In this document: in pieces, positions 36,140-48,200 of the stretch
How the letters are laid out: every line of letters starts with the position of its first letter
How positions within the stretch are numbered: position 1 is the first letter of the stretch
Source of the DNA: Azolla caroliniana
Taxonomy: Eukaryota; Plantae; Polypodiophyta
Length of the DNA stretch: 64,000 bases
Assembly (NCBI GenBank): GCA_043228905.1
Contig: JBHGNT010000029.1
Coordinates: 310,701-374,700 of the forward strand
Direction of reading: 5' to 3'
Position numbers and translations under genes: made by a program
The notes under the pieces: model-generated
Database searches by the model: none
Told to the model about the DNA's origin: nothing
What the model saw: the letters and a program-made list of their open reading frames with translations, nothing else

Positions 36140-36543
36140 AGGAGAGAGAGGGAGAGAGAGAGAGATTATATTATCGTCTTCGAAGGTCAAATATGACCAA
36201 TGAGACCAAAAATATTACATTTCACGAGATACGTGTGAAAGTGAGTAGTGACTCTCGATGTGCAAAAACTTTACCAATGAATGTTGCAATCAGAGTGCAC
36301 ATTGTGGTTGTGAGAGGAATTCATGCAAGGATTGGGCTCGGTCGAAGAGATGTGGAAAGCATGGTCGAATATGATCAAAGGCAGAGCATTGTATCAAAGT
36401 GTGATACTCAAACTCACGAACTTGTTTAAGGCAAAGTGTGCATAGCTGACCACTCTCATCACTTGTGCCCCAATGCCCTGTCTCACATCGCAATGCATGT
36501 GAGCTAAGTCGCATGGAAGCAATAGTTTGAATGGCAGATAACG

Positions 36544-36580
<37 letters not shown>
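36140..36580 (-). mobile_element. 5'-truncated LINE 3' end flanked by (GA)n tracts
   Basis: MRLSSHALRCETGHWG..LCTLC..EYHTLIQCSAFDHIR is an ORF2 C-terminal zinc knuckle; (GA)n at about 36142-36164 and 36548-36579. Confidence 0.65.
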
Positions 36581-36584
<4 letters not shown>

Positions 36585-37587
36585 GAAAGTCGTGGTAGCT
36601 ATGGAAGAACATAAAATTATCAAACTCCATGCAAACTAGATTATCATAGCAATTTTAGTTGCATAATATTTGCAATTTTCTAGATCCCTTGTGAGAGAAA
36701 CTCCCTTTTGGGCTTCAAGGGTTTAGATAGGCTCCTTTGCGTCAAATTTCAAAGAAGTGATCTCAAGTGGTGGGTTAGTGAGTGACTCACCCATGCCTTT
36801 ACAATAGAACTTGTTTGAATGTTCCAAGAAAGCATGGGCTTGTTCTCTTGAGAAGACCCTTCATGGGGTTTTCTCTGACATTGAGCCTTTGTGAAGAAAC
36901 AAATTCTTCGTTGGGGATTTACGGAATTCCGATTCATCATGTCTCCTTTGACATATCCAACACCTCAAATTAGGAAAATTGAATGAATTAAGATTAACCT
37001 AAGACCAAATAGTTTCAACATTGGCCATACATTTATTTGATTATCAGAATTAGGAACCCACACTATGACACATACAAAATTATAAAAGATGACTAGATAA
37101 AATTTCTAAACAATTCATATAAGAGACCCAACCGAGAATCGGTGTTTCAAATCCACAAGATGTCACGACAATGGTGTATGCAATGGAGGAATGTGCCAAA
37201 TTTTCGAATTTATAATGTTAAGGTTATGGACAAAGAAGCAAGTGAAAGAGGTCTAGAAGAGATACAAATTAAACCATCTGCAAAGATGCTCTTAACAACT
37301 TCCAACCTTTTCAGAGGCATATTGGGCACTTCCTCTTTCACCACAGATGATGTCACCTACATTTGCATATTTGCAGGTACCGATACCTAGAACTCAAATA
37401 CACATTAATTTATAAAGATATTAACTGCAACTGGCATCAATCTTTGTGGAAAATACACACCTACACGATGGGATTTACGTACAATACCAGAATCCACTGT
37501 TACCTTGTGGAGTGGCTTTGTACACCAGGTTTTTACATTTCTTTCAACTCATGTTTGTACAATCATGAAATCCATTACAATAAAAAG

Positions 37588-40500
37588 CTAGTGAATATCC
37601 GAAAGCATGGATTGTTTTTCTCCCAAATACTTCGGTTCATAATGATTCATTTTGCTTTCTTCGGCTTCAAGTTGCTCCACATCTTTAGTGATGCTGATAT
37701 ATCCTCCATTCACATCAAGGAATCCAATCTTTCCAGGTATCATTATTGCTTCATCCATTTCTTCTTCTTGAACTCGAGCTTTATCCCTGTCTTTGGGATA
37801 AGTCCAGTAAAGGATGGTATACAAAAGACTGCAGATGGCAAAGGGGATCCCAAATGCAACATATAAAGCTTTGCCCAAGGCTGTTGCATTATGTTTATCT
37901 GCGATTATATCAGCATCACCTCCATGAGATGATACAACAACATAGCCAAAGACCCTTTCAGCAAGAATACCAACAAGCGGAGGGGCAAACGATGCCAGAA
38001 CTGACTCCAATGATCGGTCTAGGGCATAGATGCTTGTTCGCATTCTCTCAGGTACAATTTCAGCAAATATAGGACTGCACAATCATCACATGTTACCAGA
38101 CCAATCTTTTCTAGTATGTTAATCAGATCAGTTGTTCACTCTGTAGAATGATTCAGTTGTTAGGATGTTCAATCCGATAAGGCAGTATTACTACCTTATC
38201 GGATTGAACATACTAGATTAGTATGTTATCTAAATAATTCCTTCCTAGTATGTTCAATCTGATAAGTCGTTGCACAGCAAAAAATTTGGTTGTTTACATC
38301 TAGTAATTCCCTGCATCTATCTATACATTTACTACCGAGCTACTTATCTATACATATTCTGAGCCTCCTTTGAACTTGTCATATTACGATCTTCGGGTTA
38401 CCATACGTATATGCATTAATCTCAGGTGTCTGGTAGGCTTGAGCGATGATAATAGTTCCTATTTATGCCACGTGGAGAAAGCAGGATATCATACTCATTG
38501 GCCATCACAGATCAAGACTCAAATGCATCACTCCACCAATTGTTACTCCTGATCACTCTGCACAGCATGTGTCCATTAGCCCTCTCGGAATGTTATTTCC
38601 AGAGACTATACTGATTTTTGGGTTCCTTTATTTAGGCTTTTGTTGTACTATTTAAGAGTTAATCATCACTTTCAAGTTAGTTCTAGTTACTGTGTACAGT
38701 TTAAACCTGGTTTAAGTCCTAACCTTGGTTAGTTATACAAACAAATGCAGAATAAATATTTCTAGTCCTAACCTATAATAGAGGTTCATTTCCATGTTAT
38801 TACACCCAACAGCAGGTAGATACCTCCTGCAGCCTATGAGGGAGTTCCAATGACCAAATATAAATCTAATCACTGGTGATTGGTATTTCATGCTACAAAT
38901 CAAGTTTAGTGAAAGCCACAGCCCCATATTAAAACTCCTCATGAAGACAAGATCTCATCAACACATTGAGATGGACAGCATGTAGAATGTATTATGCATA
39001 TAGTGTCTAACTCAATAAAATGCAAGAAATATTGCCATGCCAAGCATTGAATGTTCAAACTTATTACAGAGCCCGAGATTGGCATGGTATAATCATAACT
39101 GGCACAAGACTAAAGGGTCATCGAGGATAATTCATGTTTTGAGTAGAGAGGGATATTTGAATGTCTATAGAATAAAAGGTCATTGAGGATAATTCATGTG
39201 TTAAGTAGCGGAATATTTGAATATGTATAGACATCAAGTAGATAATACATTTTAACCCCTAGAACGACCACAATCTTGTGTAATCCTCATAAATGCAAGA
39301 CAATAGATCCGCCATAAGATACTAATACTCTCATACAAAGATCAATTGGGAAATTGAGGGAATAAATATTTCCCCCAAAACATTTCCCTGGTCCATCTAT
39401 TTCTTCAGTTTTGGTATTTTTCTTTGTCAACGTCAACTTTAATCATATCCGTTATCTTGGTATAGTCTAACCATCACCTCTACAAAACTACTTGAATAGT
39501 AGACACTAAAATAAGTCTCTTCACAGCCTATCTTTGAAACTGATTGAGTATATGGAGAGTGATAGCTTATGAGGGTGATGATCTTTAACTTTTAAACTTG
39601 CATATTCACAAGGGAAGGACTATATGTGCATCTTATACTCCACATGAGGATGTATTTCTTTTTTCTTCTTGTTATTTGTGACTTTATTCAAGAGTTTCCA
39701 ACTATTCAGTTTATTCAGATATATATGTCTTAAATAAGCACTTGGGTACACATGCACACTACATCTACATCGAGGAATAGATGTTTCCTTATGGAATAGA
39801 AATAGAACATTCACAAGTCCGTCCAAAGAGTTCCATCAAAAACATAAGACTGCTGCCATTGCTTCTATTTATATTCATGATTTGAATAAGATTGTAACGA
39901 AATAAATAAATAAAACTTACTTGTTTGTGGCAGTTCCACACCATGACATCAAAAAACCCATGGTAAAAAAGACTGTCCCGTGTATAAAACCAGTGGATGG
40001 ATCATACGGTAAAAACAGTAACGTGATGGCCCCAAATGGAACTCCGATGCCTGAGCTGAACTGTGCCAAAATTATTCTTCCGGTATTTGGCAAATGCCTT
40101 GCAAAAATATCACCTAACCAGCCCCCAAATAATCCACCCAAGGAAGCAGAGACCATAAAAGAACCTATAATTGTAGCTGTTACGTTGTGTGAGAACCCAG
40201 TTAACTCAAGCCACATAGGAGCAAATGATAAAGCTGCCCACGGGAAGGTTCCTGCAATGCCTTGTGCAACAATAGCTAAAAACGTTGGTATTTTCATGAC
40301 GAATTTTGCATCATTAAAAGTTTCCTGAAGTGCAGAAGTATGTCTTCCTTCAGCCAATCTGCAGTAGAAGAGGATTTAAGAATCAAAATTTACACAACCT
40401 AATCTACCTTTTATTCAATTTTCTGAGAAGCAAGAACTGAAACTTGGTTATTTAGTGCAATATGGGTTCAATTTTAAATGCATCAAGTTGTTAACAGCCT

Positions 40501-42371
40501 GGCTATGACTGTTTTCTCTTTCAGCATGACAGGTTTTTTCTTTTGAATAAGTTGTGAAAATGCCTAGGGCCTGACAAATACGGCATTACTTCCCATTTGT
40601 AGGCATCAAACATTCGAAGGGCTACTAGGCTTTGGTCAACCTATTCTGTTCCAGCAAGCCTGTGATGATGTTCTTGCAGGTTTCCATGCCTAGATCCTTC
40701 TAGCTCTCAAAGAAATAGAGAAGGCTCCACCCTCCATGATTGTAACATCTTCACCTATCAAAGATATTTTCAGAGGGTCATATGAGTTTTATCTGTATCT
40801 GGTGGGTTTTTCCCAGTCCATTGCGTCCATTTCTATCTTCTTTTTTTGTATTTCTTATGGGTCAGTCTCATGGTGTGAGCAACATTCGTATTTAGGGATT
40901 TCTATCGAGGTCCAAGTAATGTACTCTAGGCCTTGGTTGGGGAGTACATGATAGAGATGACATCTAAAAGAGTTGTGTGAGTATATGGAGACCCATGGTC
41001 GACTTCCCTTCACCTGAGCTATGCTAAAGGAAAGCCATATTTTATGCACTGCCAGACAACGCAAGTTTTTAGGTACCCATGTCTCAAAAATCATGGACAA
41101 CCTCCCTTAGTCAGGGGTTTGTAGGCATGCATAGGTACATGTGGGCGTATGTGTGGGTGGGTGGGTGTGCTTCGGAACATACTTGGCACCATCTTTGAAT
41201 ATAGGATCCACTGCAAATCGACCAACTAGAAATGCTATTATAACACTCGTGATGCCAATAATGTGAAAAGCAGCACGCCACCCTGCCAAGCCGAGGACAG
41301 TGGTTCCAGCCAAAAGAACTGAGAAGACATTTCCAAAGACACCTCCCATGTTGGCTGTGAACTGGAGCCATCCAAAAGCAACACCACGTCTCTCAGGATC
41401 TGCGGCATCAGCAACCAAGGATTGAATGGCAGGAATGACCATGGCTAGGCCAATACCATTGAGAGCCCGGGATATGGCTACCTTCATGTGCCAGAAACAA
41501 TACAGACAGCTTCAGAATCAAAGACAAACGAAAGAAGTTGATTTGGAAATAATTAGCCAAAAAAATTTAATATAAGATGAGTCTAATGTGTAAAAAGCTA
41601 AGCAGTGTGAGGATCAAAACAGACGAAAGACAGAACCCGAATTAAAGAATGAAATCAAAAGATGACTCTAATGCTCAAAATGTATTATGCAAAACGAAAT
41701 GAGCACCTGAGCATCAAACTGAATCCAAAGAAAGAAATGGAACTGGAAACGAAAACTGAAAAAAACAAGATCTTGATGTGTAACAGACAAAACACACGGA
41801 GTTAGAGCATCAAAGTAACAAGGTGATTCTGATGTAAGAAGGAAAGAAAAACAGGTTGAGCGTTAAAGGTCAAGGTGGATGATTTGAAGAGAAAAAACCA
41901 AAAAGCGGATAACATACATATTTAAAGACAGACGATCCTAAGGTGCCCAAAATATAAATAAGTAAGTTTAACAAAAAAAACCAAAGCAGTTGAGGATCAA
42001 TGTGGATGATCCAAAAGAGAAAGAAAACAGAATTGAGTACAAAAATAAATGGTGAGAGAAGAAGCGTTTACCTCTAGGAAAGTGGTGGAGGCACCGACAC
42101 AGAAGGTTGCAGATGCCCAGAGGAGGGCACCAAAGGCAATAACGTGGGCACGGTTGTGGCGGGAAGACATATATGCAGCCAATGGGAAACAGAGCATCTG
42201 AACAGTGGAGCGAAGCAGAGTAAGGCTTCCGAGGCGTGTGGGTGACACATGAAGACTCAACCCGATCTCTCTGTAAGAAGCAGGCAGCAGAGCCTCATCC
42301 GCCCTCTCCATGATACCCGCAAGGTTCACCAACACCAACGTTACCACGACCTCCCGCCTGTGTGGATCCAT
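37588..42371 (-). CDS. Major facilitator superfamily transporter (plant UNE2-like family), 4 exons, 507 aa
   Basis: Exons 42371-42072, 41481-41183, 40358-39921 and 38074-37588 are GT-AG, phase-consistent and total 1524 nt. Motifs TLVLVNLAGIMERADEALLP, SRALNGIGLA, QGIAGTFPW and NNPIFAEIVPERMRTSIYALDRS. Confidence 0.9.
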
Positions 42372-43009
42372 TCTCACACCAGGCGTTCTCTTCACAAATG
42401 ATTTACATGAAATAAACAGTATTATCAGTCAGTGGTGAGGAGACAATTGGGGTGGCTTTGTATTTCTCTCTGTCGATGGATGGATGGATGGATGGATATA
42501 GATCCAACAACTCATCTGCTACTGCTACTATTGTTAGCACAGACAATGAATGAATATGTCAAACGAGACAGAGACAGAGACAGAGACAGAGACCGAGAGA
42601 GGTGTGGAGTGTGAAGAGGAGCATAATCCTCTGCACAATCCACAGAAGTAAGTTTTGACGTCGTTCTTCCTCATATTTCGTCGTTTTTTGACATGGAAAG
42701 TAAACCATTTCAACTACATACTACTACTAATAGGATGTACATAAGGCGGCCAGATATATGTTTTAGTGCCAGTTTATTTATCACATTTCACGCTCAATGC
42801 AGGTGCAAAACACTAGCAAACTCTTCAATCTATACCCCCAAACCTTACTCGTGCTAAAGGTTTAGCGATTATTTATTTATACACACACTCACTAATCCCA
42901 AGTGACTCGAAACCTTAATCGTGTTAAAGTGACTCGTCCCAAGTCACTTTAAGTGGACGGAGAATCCCTCATCTAATTTGACGCGTTCGTCTGATTTCGA
43001 TCAAGGGGG

Positions 43010-43500
43010 ATATAAATAATTGCAATATACTAGTTGTGGGTATGTTTATACCCTAGTGGGTGGAGAAATTGCTTGGGGGTCCAAGAAAACAAACAACAAT
43101 TGCATTGCTATTGGTTGAAGCTGACTATGTCATAGTTGCATTAGCCGCAAAAGGAGGAATTTGGATTAAAGCAATACTCAAAGAATTAAAAATATTCGAA
43201 GTGCTAATATTGGAGTTAAATTGCAATAATCAATCTTGTATAAACCTAGCGCAAAATCCAAATATGAGCGACAATATTCGACATGTCTCCTATAAGCATC
43301 TTTTTTTACGAGGCTTAATTGAAGATACAATGGTAGAATTAAAGTTCGTGCCATCGGCATCGATATGGGCCGATTTTCTTACAAATCCAATAACAAGTCA
43401 AACGCACATCTCATGTTGCAAGAAGGTAAAGTTTCTAAATTCTTCGAAAATTGAAGAAAAGTACATGATGTTTTGATTATTTCATTAGGGTGGAGCATTG
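43010..43500 (+). mobile_element. Degenerate copia RNase H fragment
   Basis: KQTTIALLLVEADY..GIWIKAILKEL..CNNQSCINLAQNP..WADFLT. Confidence 0.7.
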
Positions 43501-45219
43501 AAATACATAGATAATAAACAATAAACAAATAAACAAATAGTTATTAACATTAAAATATATGGTGCCAAAGACACTTGAAGAGATCTGTCTCATCGGAAAG
43601 ACAAAGCTGGCAACTACTAGTAGTCTCGTTGCATCATTGTACATTTGTTGAATTCAATGGACTCAGCACACTAAGTTTATAGAAAATTTGTCATATATTT
43701 TATTCTTATTCTTCTACATTCACACCTAACCAACCGTAGTAAACACTACTTCTGAGAAATCAAACCTGTTTTACTAAGAGGTTCAATGTCATAGCTAAGT
43801 ACTTCTCATCATCATCAAGTACTAGGGAGGTGGTTTTGGTATGTTACCTATGGTTTTTTATGGTAATGAAAATCATGGTAGAGCACATCGAGGCAAGTTG
43901 TTTTCTATCACACAATTAAAATAGAGAGGGAGATGACCCCCTTCACAAATACATTTTTTGCAATTCCCAAAAATTCTTGGTTAGAAAAATAAAGTTGACC
44001 CAACTAGGTTAGAGTGATCATAGTGGATCAAGGTAAATAAGTGGAGATAGAGTGACCCAATCAGGTTGAATTACCCAATTATGTTTGAAGACCAAGCTTG
44101 ACCCAATCGAGTTAGAGTGACCCAATCAAATCCGATCCCAATTATTATATTAATGACCCAATCTAGCCATATCATGATCCACTTAGATGAGAGCCCATTA
44201 TTCATATTAACTAGGAGGTTCCAATTTAGTCACCCAATGATACAATAGGGCACAAATATACTACATCTATTTTACATCAAGACAAAACATATTACACTAC
44301 CACTACCTAGTTGAAATTTCCACACAAATAACTTTTTCATAGAACATAGTTTGTGTAAGAAATATGTATGGCTTCTCCAAATTAGTGGTTTGATAGTCTC
44401 AACGTTCTAAGTATCCCAACTATATATCTTGAAATCCAACGTAGCACAAAGATAGACAACCAAAGCCCACATAATGTCGTGATCACACAACTTTCCTTGA
44501 TGCTTGTTCTTTAGTGATGGCCATTGAAGATTCTATTCTAGGTCTGTAAATACTAGTTGTGAACACCACTAGTCCAAGATGGTTGTTACCACAAACTCAC
44601 TCATGAATAAAGTAACACAAAAAATATAGTTCTCAATGGGGTATGTTATAGAAGGAAACTCCATTCCCTTACCTGTGAAGGTTATCATACATGTATTGGA
44701 ATATCCCCACCACAACCAACATAAACCACAATGTTTTCACTGGTGGAAAGCCTTCATCCTTAATCACAAGACAGTTGTTGGAAGTTCCCAACTACGAATT
44801 TTTACCATGCATAATTAGTCGAGCATCTGAACTCATCTCTTTGAGCCCCTAAGGCTACAATTACCGTTGTCACAAAGTTAGTGCATATTAGGTGTGCTAC
44901 TTGTCAAGCGGTTTGAGGTCGAGCACACACCCGCAAACAGTCTACCGAATGTGTTTGGGTGGGGGTGGAGCCAAGAAAGAGGGAGAGAGAATATGAGAGG
45001 GAAAAATGAGACATGAGGGGTAACTCTCTACTATCCTTGTTCTATTTCACACCCCATGGGTGGGGTTTATGTAGTACGAAATATGATCGTTACATATTTG
45101 TACACATGCACACAAATGTGAATGTGTACATACACACATCCTCACACTCACACATTACCCATTGCACCTTACACACCCACATTATATTTTTTCACCCTTA
45201 ACCCTCCCATATGGGTAAC

Positions 45220-48200
45220 TGTTACGGGCATGGCCATATAATATCCTGTGTTGAGAATTTACCGTAGTATTCTATACACGTGGATAAGTGTGAGGGTTAA
45301 ACGAGAGTGTAAAGAAGGGGAGGATTACTTTTAATCCTCGGGATTGAGACAACCCATTAGGCCAAGGGTGAACTTGCCTGGGGGCCTTGGGTATCATTAT
45401 AAATAAGAGGCCTAACTACCCTCATTTCATCATCTTTTGACTACGTCGAGACTCTGTTCTTGTGATGGGTCAACTCTTGTAGCGAGCGCGCCAGCACCAG
45501 GTACGACTCGACGCCACGATGGTAGTATGGGACGCCGATCGAGGCTCGAGTCCATTTGGATCCCTTCGCTTGGGGGCGGTCGGGTGGATCGGCACCCTCC
45601 TTCATGTGAGGTCGCTCCTATGACATACATATCCAACATCCCTCCCTCATTACATGGATACGATGCCACCATGAGATCATTCTTACGAGAGGCATTCGTA
45701 ATGACGTAACCATGTGATGGGCCACGTGGGCCTACTACGAAAAGAGGGCTCATTTGGCTTGACCATTAGGTTGCACTTTGGCGTATTCCATCATAATTAC
45801 GAGATTTGAGGTTAGGTAACGTACCAACAAAGTTTGTAGTAAATGAGGGGGAAATAAGGACTCTTGACATATATGTTTCTTTTAAAAAAACATATATGGG
45901 CAAATGCCTCACATATCTCTTATAATGCATGAAACATTAAACATTCAAAAAGAGCAACCTAATTGGTTAGCTCAAGTGTTTAATGCATTTATTCTCGAGG
46001 TCTCCAGTTCAAATATAACTAAGACCATACAACATTGTTGATACATATGACTATAACACATGTTTAGACTTGAGGTCTAAGTACACTTCGGGGGGTCCTT
46101 GCCCATGATATGTTTACATCACGATATGATGTTATGACTATTTGTCTGACCTTATCCTATTTCTTTGCCAGAAATAATCATTCAATGGCTCAAAATAATG
46201 ACCCGATGTCATTCGCTCAAGCGGAAAGAACTCAAGGAAATCCTCCTAAACAAATGTCCATTGACATTTATTTTTAACAAATAACCCAATACCTTAGTTT
46301 CACCGCTCAACAGATGACCGAACTTCAGCAATCTCAAAGTTCTCTCGAGGCACGTGTCATTAGTTTACAACGTGAGACTAATAGACCTGATGAGCGACGG
46401 GGTGAACCATCGTTTGTCGTTAAGCCATTTATGGGAGAGAAAAAGGAAAGAAATGAAGAAGCAATCTGCACGTGGCTGGGCCGATGGGAGTCTCATTTTG
46501 AGCTCTATCCCACGCCAGATAGTATGAAGATTGCATATGTCGGCCGAGAACTAGGGGGTAAGGCCGCCGCTTGGTGGCATGGGCTTCGAACTTTGGGGAA
46601 ATTGCCCAATACCAGGACAAATTTTGTCACAGTTTTTAAGGGCCAATTTCTACAACCTCCCTCTCGAACTGAGGTAGCTCAAGCTTTAATGAACCTCTCT
46701 AGCAGGAAATTTTCTTCGCTAGAAGACTATGTCCACCATGCTCGAACCCAAATCCAAAAATCGGGTGTAGAAGGGGACAATTGGTTGATAGCTTGTTTTG
46801 TCAATGGCATCCCCAATTCAGACTATCATTGGATAGTGCACGATAAGGATCTAAAATCCTTCGAAGAGGCCATTGAAATAGTTCTTCACTATCAACGCAC
46901 TTCGAAGAAGGACCACAACAAACCCAACGAAGCGCCTAGGACTAAGCAGTCGCAATTTGCTGGGAAATGCAAGACACCCAACGAATTCATGGATCACGAT
47001 TGTAAACGACAACATCCTTTTTGCATATTCTGCAAAAAGAAGGGTAATACAAAAGAGCACTGTCGAAAGCTCCAACGGAAAGAGCACGACAACAAAGCTA
47101 AAGCTGCAGACCATAAAGGTCGAATTCCTAAAGTCCTTCAGGTCTATACACATCATTTAAGTAATTGTCAATGTTCTTTCCCTCACTATGTATTGGGTCC
47201 CAATGATTTACTACGTGCAAACGGGTATATCAATGGATCTCCCGTACAATTTTTGTTTGATTCGGGAAGCTCACATAACTTTGTGAATGATCGTTTGATT
47301 TAGATATGGGGAATCCAACCCACCGTAAGTGATCACACCTATACGGTGCACTTGGCTGATGGAAGAGTACAATACATCAACGAGGCGATTCATTCATTAG
47401 GAATTTCTATTGATACTTATATATAGAGGAAGTAGACTTCCATGTAATACATCTTTGTACCACTGATGTAATACTGGGTTATCCCTGGTTCTATAATAAA
47501 AACTCTTCTTTATCTATTGATTGGGTTCATCATTCAATAACATTTGTACTGAATGATTGTACTCATTTTATTCAATGTGTTAAAAAAACAATCCCTCTCG
47601 ATTGTTTCCTCTCCATCAATATCCGAGTTGTCTTGTTCTACTCTATTTTATTGTGTACTTGATCTGAACATTCATGTTTACAATATCAATAATGTCTCGG
47701 TTCAATTAACATATTTTGAACAACAACAACTTGATGAAATCTTAAATGATTTTCGTGATGTTTTTCCGAGTGAACTACCAGATGGGTTACCTCCTAAACA
47801 TAATAAAGACCATTGTATAGATATTGTACCTAGCGTTGCACCAATAAGTATACCTCCTTATTGTTTAAGTCAATCCGAACAGGATGAGGTATCTAAGCAA
47901 CTCAAGGACTATTTACAAATGGATTATATATGTTATAGTAAATCTCCATGGGGTGCACCAGTTCTCTTGGTTAAAAAGAAAGAGGCCACATGGCATATGT
48001 GTATTAATTACCGACACTTGAATAAAGTGACGATCAAGAATTCGTATCCATTGCCCTGGGCTGATGATCTAATTGATTGTCTCCAAGGAGCTCGGTATTT
48101 TACGAAACTTGATCTCCGTACTGGCTACCATCAAATTCCTATAAGTGAGGACGATGTTCCTAAAACGACATTTCGTATGCGCTATGGCCATTATGAGTTT

